Program-made: the position numbers and the translations under genes | Part shown: positions 8,066 to 13,714 of the stretch, piece after piece | Numbering within the stretch: position 1 is the first letter of the stretch | Layout of the letters: each line of letters starts with the position of its first letter | NCBI GenBank assembly: GCA_043814765.1 | Contig: JBDRJQ010000016.1 | Location: 1-13,714, forward strand | DNA: 13,714 bases | From: Nanobdellota archaeon | GTDB lineage: Archaea > Aenigmatarchaeota > Aenigmatarchaeia > QMZP01 | Reading direction: 5' to 3' | Notes under the pieces: model-generated | The model's database searches: none | Told to the model about the DNA's origin: nothing | The model's input: only the letters and a program-made list of their open reading frames with translations

Positions 8066-8457
8066 TCCTTGATTATCGAGTAAACGATAATCACCAACGC
8101 TGTTGCAACCATAACAGTTCCCAATATGTTTGATGGCAGTGTGATGCCGCCTCCCAACATATCCATAAGTTTTTGCATTTCTATGAATTCTAATCTGATG
8201 AAAATGCCAAACATCAATATTAACACTAGGCCAAGAGCAGCAATGCTCTTAGCGTCTATGAAGGAGACTTCATGGAATACATGCTCAACACGGCCCTCTT
8301 TGAATGCAATAATTAGAAGAGTAAATCCTGTTGCTATTATGGCTCCTCCTGGGAAGCCGCCTCCTGGTGTTAGGTGTCCATGCATTGTTACATACGCTCC
8401 AAATACCAGGATAAAGGGGAACAATATTTTAGCTGTTGTTTTAACTATCGTATCCAT
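8062..8457 (-). CDS. mbhF: Mbh subunit F (MrpB-like)
   Basis: HGHLTPGGGFPGG MnhB signature. Confidence 0.9.
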   Translation of the reverse strand: MDTIVKTTAKILFPFILVFGAYVTMHGHLTPGGGFPGGAIIATGFTLLIIAFKEGRVEHVFHEVSFIDAKSIAALGLVLILMFGIFIRLEFIEMQKLMDMLGGGITLPSNILGTVMVATALVIIVYSIIKE

Positions 8458-8732
8458 TATGCTTTCCTCCTCCTAACAAGCAGCACTACTCCAACAGTTG
8501 CAGCAAATAGCACTGTTTCTTCGCCAACAGTATCGTAACTTCTGAAATCCCAAACTATAGAGTTTACAACATTAGCAGATCCTGTTCCCTCCAATGCGTT
8601 GTTTATGTAGAACGATGATGCAGAACTACGCGCGTTTGTGTTGCCAAAAACTGGAAGCAATCCTATAGCCTGAAACAGCAGCGCGGCAAAAATCACCAAT
8701 GATATCACGGCAACTGTTTTTTTCTTATCCAT
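8457..8732 (-). CDS. mbhE: Mbh subunit E (MrpA C-terminal-like)
   Basis: NVVNSIVWDFRSYDTVGEETVLF signature. Confidence 0.9.
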   Translation of the reverse strand: MDKKKTVAVISLVIFAALLFQAIGLLPVFGNTNARSSASSFYINNALEGTGSANVVNSIVWDFRSYDTVGEETVLFAATVGVVLLVRRRKA

Positions 8733-8968
8733 TATGCTTCCTCCATTCTAAGGCTCTTTGATATCGCAACAACAAATATCATTGTTGTAAGACCTGCAAC
8801 TATCGCAGCCTGTGTTATTGCAACATCAGGCGCTGCGAGCAACATGAATATCACAGCCATGACAACATCTGCAGCTGCTAAAACTATCACTGCGTGAATA
8901 AGATCCTTTAGATGAACAGCTACTATTACAAGCCCCACCATTATGACTAAAAGCATTTCAAATATCAT
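8732..8968 (-). CDS. mbhD: Mbh subunit D (DUF4040/MrpA C-terminal-like)
   Basis: APDVAITQAAI motif and three hydrophobic segments. Confidence 0.88.
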   Translation of the reverse strand: MIFEMLLVIMVGLVIVAVHLKDLIHAVIVLAAADVVMAVIFMLLAAPDVAITQAAIVAGLTTMIFVVAISKSLRMEEA

Positions 8969-9309
8969 CTTCTCTCCATGTCGTTTTTAAAAAGTTTTTT
9001 TGGTTTTATTTTCATCTTGTACGCAGAATCAGCAACTGCGTGCGATGTAACTGGGCTAGTTATCAGTATGAATAAAATTATCAAAAGTATCTCAACCATG
9101 AAAGTAATTGAGAAGCCAGCGAAGAAGGATGCAACAGCTGTAATGAACAGCGTTAAGCAAACTCCACCTATTGTTATTATGCTCGTTGCATGAGCTCTGG
9201 TATAAACATCAGGAAATCTGAATAGTCCCAAGGAACCTATCAGCATTATAACTGATGCTGCAAAAAACATCCATTCTGAGATTGTCATTTGCAAAAGCAT
9301 TTCAATCAT
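8965..9309 (-). CDS. mbhC: Mbh subunit C (MrpG-like, Na+ module)
   Basis: GLFRFPDVYTRAHATS and TSPVTSHAVA MnhG motifs. Confidence 0.92.
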   Translation of the reverse strand: MIEMLLQMTISEWMFFAASVIMLIGSLGLFRFPDVYTRAHATSIITIGGVCLTLFITAVASFFAGFSITFMVEILLIILFILITSPVTSHAVADSAYKMKIKPKKLFKNDMERR

Positions 9310-9542
9310 TTAACAACCCCCTTCGCAATGGCTAGAATTCCAACAAAAGACAGCATTGAAAACAGAAGAGCCAAATCAAGATAGAACTGCATGCTTGTTT
9401 GCAAGGCATACAAAACTATCAATAAAATAGCAATTGATGTGAAAGGCTCTAATGCAATTAATCTATCTGCAAAAGTAGGTCCTTTGATTATTCTTATCAG
9501 GATTATTATCAAGCTCAGAAGGATTACGTAAATGTATATCAT
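9306..9542 (-). CDS. mbhB: Mbh subunit B (MrpF-like, Na+ module)
   Basis: RIIKGPTFADRLIAL and YLDLAL..LSFVG MnhF motifs. Confidence 0.9.
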   Translation of the reverse strand: MIYIYVILLSLIIILIRIIKGPTFADRLIALEPFTSIAILLIVLYALQTSMQFYLDLALLFSMLSFVGILAIAKGVVK

Positions 9543-10000
9543 TCTGTAACCCCCACACCAAACCTTTCAAAAAGTTTTCCTGGCGTTTTTTTGTAGTTTA
9601 TCACATGAACATAGAGACTATTGCTATCTGTTTTCATTGTCAATGATCCTGGCGTCAGTGTTATCGAATTTGCCAGAAACGTTTTTCCAAAATCACTTTT
9701 CATTTTTGTTGGAATCTTGACAATAGCCGGATTTATCCTGCCTGTAAAGATTCTACAGATAACATCTATATGCGATATAACTTCTGCGTAGATCCAAACA
9801 AAAAAATAAACTGTAAATCGAAACCAGCGTAACGGATTGAAAGGCTTTCCATGCACTTCGCTGAACAAAAATCTGTTTGCTATGAAAGATGCAACAAACG
9901 CAACAAACAAGCCAATAACTAGATTCTCTTTAGTGAAAGAGAATGTAAGCAGTAACCAAAATATATAGGTAAGAATAACTGTAAAGGGAAACCTGATCAT
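9539..10000 (-). CDS. mbhA: Mbh subunit A (MrpE-like, Na+ module)
   Basis: INPAIV, LANSITLTPGSLT and LYVH MnhE motifs. First gene of the operon. Confidence 0.92.
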   Translation of the reverse strand: MIRFPFTVILTYIFWLLLTFSFTKENLVIGLFVAFVASFIANRFLFSEVHGKPFNPLRWFRFTVYFFVWIYAEVISHIDVICRIFTGRINPAIVKIPTKMKSDFGKTFLANSITLTPGSLTMKTDSNSLYVHVINYKKTPGKLFERFGVGVTE

Positions 10001-10065
10001 ATATAACTATTAGTTGGCTTTGTTAATAAAATATATTAACAGTGCCTGATAATAACTATATATGA
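9997..10065. promoter_or_regulatory. Palindromic bidirectional promoter between mbhA and the lipoprotein gene
   Basis: Ungapped inverted symmetry about position 10031, with 26 of 34 mirrored pairs complementary. The core is TGTTAATA-AAATA-TATTAACA (10021-10041). Both ATGs are 31 nt from the centre and neither has an SD. Confidence 0.7.
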
Positions 10066-10784
10066 AGAGTTTGCAGAAGCTGTTTTTACTGTCTTGCTTA
10101 GTATTTCTTATTTCCATAAGCGGTTGCATAAAACTTGAGTTGAACCAGAAAGTATATAGCAACGGCATGTCTGACATCAGAACAACTATTGATATGTCTG
10201 CCCTGTATACAGGTCTTGGTGCGGCTGCACAAAATTTATCAAGCCAAGCAGTTGGCGAGGCGCTTTCAGAACAGTGCGATAATTTCCTAGCTAATACAAC
10301 ATTATTAAACCCTTCTTGTACGCCAATACCATCTGAATATAAGATTATACAGAGCGGTAAGATAAGTTTAGTTAATAATCCATCATTCATAGTGACCAAA
10401 GGCTTCATGTCAACTGTCTACAGATATGATGTAAAGGGGACACAAAATATTCTTTTAGAGTCAAGTCAGGCTCAAGGTCAGGAGATTACACCAGAGCAAA
10501 TTACACAGGCTAAAGCCATGTATGGATTAATGGGTCTTGTTTTGAAATACAAACTAGAGATGCCGGGAACTATAACTAAAACTGATTTAGGTGAAATCGT
10601 TGATAACGCCGTTGAATTTGATATTCTAGACATGTATGATATGGATCATATATATGTTGAATCAGAGGAAACCACATTTTCTGTAATGACTCTGATTTTG
10701 TTAGTCGGAATCGTCATAATAGTTGTTCTCATATTGGCATTGATATTCGTGCGTAAAGGAAACAGGCCTAGAGAAAGATGGTAA
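10062..10784 (+). CDS. Putative lipoprotein with C-terminal TM anchor (LppM/DUF3153-like architecture)
   Basis: Signal peptide ending in lipobox-like ISG-C, a YKLEMPGTITKTD segment, and a C-terminal hydrophobic helix followed by the basic tail RKGNRPRERW. The CDS is solid; the family call is tentative. Confidence 0.8.
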   Translation: MKSLQKLFLLSCLVFLISISGCIKLELNQKVYSNGMSDIRTTIDMSALYTGLGAAAQNLSSQAVGEALSEQCDNFLANTTLLNPSCTPIPSEYKIIQSGKISLVNNPSFIVTKGFMSTVYRYDVKGTQNILLESSQAQGQEITPEQITQAKAMYGLMGLVLKYKLEMPGTITKTDLGEIVDNAVEFDILDMYDMDHIYVESEETTFSVMTLILLVGIVIIVVLILALIFVRKGNRPRERW

Positions 10785-10811
10785 TTTTCATAGAGGGAAG
10801 AGATATGTGTG

Positions 10812-13714
10812 TTAACCCACATACCTCATTTGATCATCATCTTCGCTTTTCTTCACTCGAACAGCTTTTATCTGCTTTTCCATGTTATCATAGAAATTCT
10901 TGAGTGAATCTGTTAGCGAAGGTTTAATATTCTTCATCGCCTCATCGAAATGTTTCTTTGTAACTATTTCGCTCTTAATGTTTTCTCTCAAAGCGTTCAT
11001 TCCTGCCTCGCGGCAGATTGCTTCTATATCAGCGCCTGTGTAGCCTTCAGCTTCTTTAGCCATGCTCTTAAGGTTAATGCTTTTTTCTAAAGGCATTTTC
11101 TTTGTGTGCACTTTGAATATTTCATATCTTGCCTTTTCATCTGGTGCTGGAACAACTATCTGCCTGTCAAACCTTCCTGGCCTTAGCAGAGCAGAATCAA
11201 TCATGTCAGGCCTGTTAGTTGCAGCAATGACAACAACATTATGCAGGTCTTCCAAACCAGACATCTCTGTTAGTATCTGAGACACTATGTTCTCTGATAC
11301 GCGGTTGCCTGTGTTCATTCCCCTATGAGGAGCTATAGCATCTATTTCATCAAAGAAAACAATAGACGGAGCTACTTGCTTTGCTCTTTTAAATATTTCC
11401 CTTATTTTCTTCTCGCTCTCACCAACCCATTTGTTAAAGACTTCTGGCCCTTTTATAGAGATAAAATTGGAACCAGATTCGTTAGCAACTGCCTTGGCTA
11501 GCAGAGTCTTGCCAGTGCCAGGCGGTCCGTATAAAAGGACTCCTGTGGGTGGCTTGATGCCAATTCTTTCAAATGCGCTGGCATGTTTTAGAGGCCATTC
11601 AATGACTTCTTTCAATGTTTTCTTTATCTCTTCCAGTCCGCCAATGTCTGACCACTTAATATTAGGAATCTCCACTAAAACTTCTCTCATTGCAGAAGGT
11701 TCCACCATTTTCAATGCGTTCTGGAAATCCTCTTTTGTTACTATAAGTTTTTCCACTACGCCTGTTGGCAGTTCATCGTTTCTCCAGGATATTTCTGGCA
11801 AATTCCTTCGCAGTGCAGACATTGCAGCTTCTTTTGCAAGAGCCTCAAGATCCGCACCAACAAAGCCATATGTTATTGATGCCAGTTTGTTTAAATCCAC
11901 ATCTTCTGTTAAAGGCATGTTTCTTGTGTGTATCTGCAGAATTTCTTTTCTGCCTCTTTTATCAGGAACTCCCATCTCTATCTCTCTGTCAAATCTTCCT
12001 GGCCTTCGCAGAGCAGGATCTATAGAATTCTCCCTGTTGGTTGCGGCAATTACTATAACTTTGCCTCTTGACTTAAGGCCGTCCATAAGAGTTAGTATCT
12101 GTGATACCACGCGTCTTTCTACCTCTCCAGAGACTTCACCTCTTTTCGGAGCGATTGCGTCAATCTCATCGATGAAAATTATAGAAGGAGCTTCTTTTTC
12201 AGCCTCTTCGAATATCTTCCTGAGATTTTCTTCAGACTGGCCATACCATTTGCTGTTATGCATTACATGACCGTATGCTGTTATAAAACTGCTCGCAGCT
12301 GTACCAAAATCATATAATGTCTTTTCTTTGTTTACTTTTGAAACATTGGATACTTCATCAAATACTATTTCTTTATTCACAAACCTTTCAAGAAGGTTTA
12401 TTATTGCTTTATCGTTTTCAATTAATAGAATGGATCTCTTGTTCAATATTTTAATGCAGCTTTCTACTGTCTTCATTGTCGGTTTCTTTCTTAGATTAAT
12501 ATAAGGTTCTAATTTGTAATCATTACCATATGATACGTTAGCTCTTTTCATCATTGGTTTTATGAGTTTCATTATAAACTTAGGTACATATTCATAAGAT
12601 CTTTCTGAAGTTGGAACTTTGCAATCTATAATGCCCAACTCGTTTATTATGTTTTGAAATAATTCTAAGTTATATCTTCCTTTTAATATGAGCTTCTTAA
12701 CAGAGCTCCATTTGTTAGTGTGTTCAACTGGTTTATTGAAGCAAAGACCTCTACAAGTTCCAATTTTATGCATCTTTTCGAGTGCTCCTTTGTCGTTACT
12801 ATATAATATTATCGAATGTTTTGCAATTGTTCCGTCCGTAACTAACATACCTAAAAGGAAAGACGTGAATATCTTCTGATCAAATTTAATTAACCAATTA
12901 TCTAGGAATTTAGAATATTCCTTCTTACCTGAATTAAATCCTATATAATTGAAGAATCTTACAAAATCCGTTGAATAAACGACCGTTCTTATGTTCCCTT
13001 CTTTATCTTCGTGCTCCTTGAATTTGTTTATCTCAAAAATATTTTTAGTTATTTTTTTGAATTTTTCATGAAGTTTTCTGTCCTGACCACAAAATGTAAC
13101 ATTGTCCTTTCCTACATGACCATCTCCAGCAATCATGCCTGTCAAGAACGCCAGTTCATTACTAAATTCTTTAGGGACTTTTATCTTTGAACTAGTTTCA
13201 TAGTTTATTGTAGGTGAAGACATGTTCTTAATAACAGAAGTTACTACATGGTCTCCTGGGGCTATCATTGGAGCAGATTTCCAAGAGATTCCCTTTTCTG
13301 AAAATGTCAATAGGGGGTGATTTGAAGAAACGTCATATTCCAAATCATCAAAATTTATCTTATAAAAGTATGGAACTTTAACTTCGGTTACTTCTAGTAA
13401 ATCTGTTGGGGTAACTGAAAATGATGGATTATTAATTCCCATTAACTTTCCATTAGCTGAGAAGGATTTATGGTTGTTCCCATGACCTATTTTCTTATCT
13501 GATTTGCTTTCAAAAAGCTCCTTCGCGCTGTTTATTTTATTGTCAACTACAATTGGAACATCTTCTCCTACACACATTATCTCTGGACCATTAATAGTGA
13601 AGAAGCTTGCTCCGGACTCGTTAGCAACTGCCTTGGCTAGCAGAGTCTTGCCAGTGCCAGGCGGTCCGTACAACAGAACGCCTTTTGGAGCTTCTACTCC
13701 CAAGCGAACAAACA
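10812..13714 (-). CDS. cdc48: Cdc48/VCP/VAT-family AAA+ ATPase, intein-containing, 5'-truncated by the window edge
   Basis: Two AAA modules: GPPGTGKT twice, IFIDEID/VFFDEID, and RPGRFDR twice, linked by PSAMREV. The frame stays open to the edge (..[11 protein letters not shown]), so TTG 13703 is not the true start. Confidence 0.96.
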   Translation of the reverse strand, partial: FVRLGVEAPKGVLLYGPPGTGKTLLAKAVANESGASFFTINGPEIMCVGEDVPIVVDNKINSAKELFESKSDKKIGHGNNHKSFSANGKLMGINNPSFSVTPTDLLEVTEVKVPYFYKINFDDLEYDVSSNHPLLTFSEKGISWKSAPMIAPGDHVVTSVIKNMSSPTINYETSSKIKVPKEFSNELAFLTGMIAGDGHVGKDNVTFCGQDRKLHEKFKKITKNIFEINKFKEHEDKEGNIRTVVYSTDFVRFFNYIGFNSGKKEYSKFLDNWLIKFDQKIFTSFLLGMLVTDGTIAKHSIILYSNDKGALEKMHKIGTCRGLCFNKPVEHTNKWSSVKKLILKGRYNLELFQNIINELGIIDCKVPTSERSYEYVPKFIMKLIKPMMKRANVSYGNDYKLEPYINLRKKPTMKTVESCIKILNKRSILLIENDKAIINLLERFVNKEIVFDEVSNVSKVNKEKTLYDFGTAASSFITAYGHVMHNSKWYGQSEENLRKIFEEAEKEAPSIIFIDEIDAIAPKRGEVSGEVERRVVSQILTLMDGLKSRGKVIVIAATNRENSIDPALRRPGRFDREIEMGVPDKRGRKEILQIHTRNMPLTEDVDLNKLASITYGFVGADLEALAKEAAMSALRRNLPEISWRNDELPTGVVEKLIVTKEDFQNALKMVEPSAMREVLVEIPNIKWSDIGGLEEIKKTLKEVIEWPLKHASAFERIGIKPPTGVLLYGPPGTGKTLLAKAVANESGSNFISIKGPEVFNKWVGESEKKIREIFKRAKQVAPSIVFFDEIDAIAPHRGMNTGNRVSENIVSQILTEMSGLEDLHNVVVIAATNRPDMIDSALLRPGRFDRQIVVPAPDEKARYEIFKVHTKKMPLEKSINLKSMAKEAEGYTGADIEAICREAGMNALRENIKSEIVTKKHFDEAMKNIKPSLTDSLKNFYDNMEKQIKAVRVKKSEDDDQMRYVG
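11479..11531 (-). repeat. 53-nt perfect direct repeat, copy 1 (cdc48 D2 Walker A)
   Basis: tcgttagcaactgccttggctagcagagtcttgccagtgccaggcggtccgta is identical to 13618-13670. Confidence 0.95.
12255..13574 (-). mobile_element. Intein (440 aa) with LAGLIDADG homing endonuclease in Cdc48 D1
   Basis: Interrupts GPEIM|SKWYG. Starts with Cys (CVGEDVPI), has block B SSNHPLL, LAGLIDADG-type motifs LTGMIAGDG and LLGMLVTDG, block F TLYDF, and ends HN before Ser+1. It is more AT-rich than the exteins. Confidence 0.95.
13618..13670 (-). repeat. 53-nt perfect direct repeat, copy 2 (cdc48 D1 Walker A)
   Basis: Identical to 11479-11531, and bounded by synonymous mismatches on both sides. Confidence 0.95.

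Noticed and set aside
1191..9193. Numerous short track ORFs overlapping the NSS, hycI and mbh genes
   Set aside because: All overlap confidently assigned genes in another frame or strand, and their composition is what the antisense of hydrophobic codons would give.
2660..10000. Alternative calls: complex I (nuo), Mbx/MBS sulfane reductase, or a stand-alone Mrp antiporter
   Set aside because: The large subunit has both CxxC Ni-binding motifs and a cleavable tail, the small subunit has CxxC (not CC), there is a single MrpD-like subunit, and a HycI protease is adjacent.
10001..10061. SurR-type regulation of mbh as in Thermococcales
   Set aside because: There is no GTTn3AAC site in the spacer; the GTT and AAC here are 13 nt apart.
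10010..10408. 132-aa minus-strand ORF just upstream of mbhA, a possible 15th operon gene
   Set aside because: It is antisense to the well-formed lipoprotein gene, runs through the promoter palindrome and has no recognisable motif.
11431..12270. 279-aa plus-strand ORF opposite cdc48
   Set aside because: It is an in-register antisense shadow of a conserved AAA+ gene, Ser-rich, with a TTG start and no motifs.
11479..13670. The 53-nt repeat as a DGR template/variable pair or as mobile-element ends
   Set aside because: There are no adenine-specific mismatches and no reverse transcriptase, transposase or integrase. Both copies are in-frame Walker A coding sequence.
13701..13703. TTG start for cdc48 given by the ORF track
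   Set aside because: The frame is open to the window edge and the N-domain is missing, so the gene starts outside the window.

Overview
Archaeal genomic window. The core is a complete, tightly packed 14-gene Mrp-Mbh membrane-bound [NiFe]-hydrogenase operon (mbhA-N, minus strand, 2660-10000). A convergent HycI-type maturation protease abuts it with no gap, and an NSS-family Na+-dependent amino-acid transporter lies beyond that. At the left edge is an unlisted secreted-protein ORF (GTG at 641, strong Shine-Dalgarno, runs off the window). To the right are a doubly anchored lipoprotein and a 5'-truncated Cdc48/VCP AAA+ gene carrying a 440-aa LAGLIDADG intein in D1. Three signals stand out. (1) A 53-nt perfect DNA identity, plus a second 32/35-nt tract, between the D1 and D2 ATPase domains of cdc48 suggests intragenic gene conversion near the intein site. 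(2) A 69-bp imperfect palindrome runs from start codon to start codon across the mbh/lipoprotein divergent promoter, and its core 13-mer recurs at the hycI promoter. (3) MbhH, MbhL and MbhN carry atypical residues at conserved positions.
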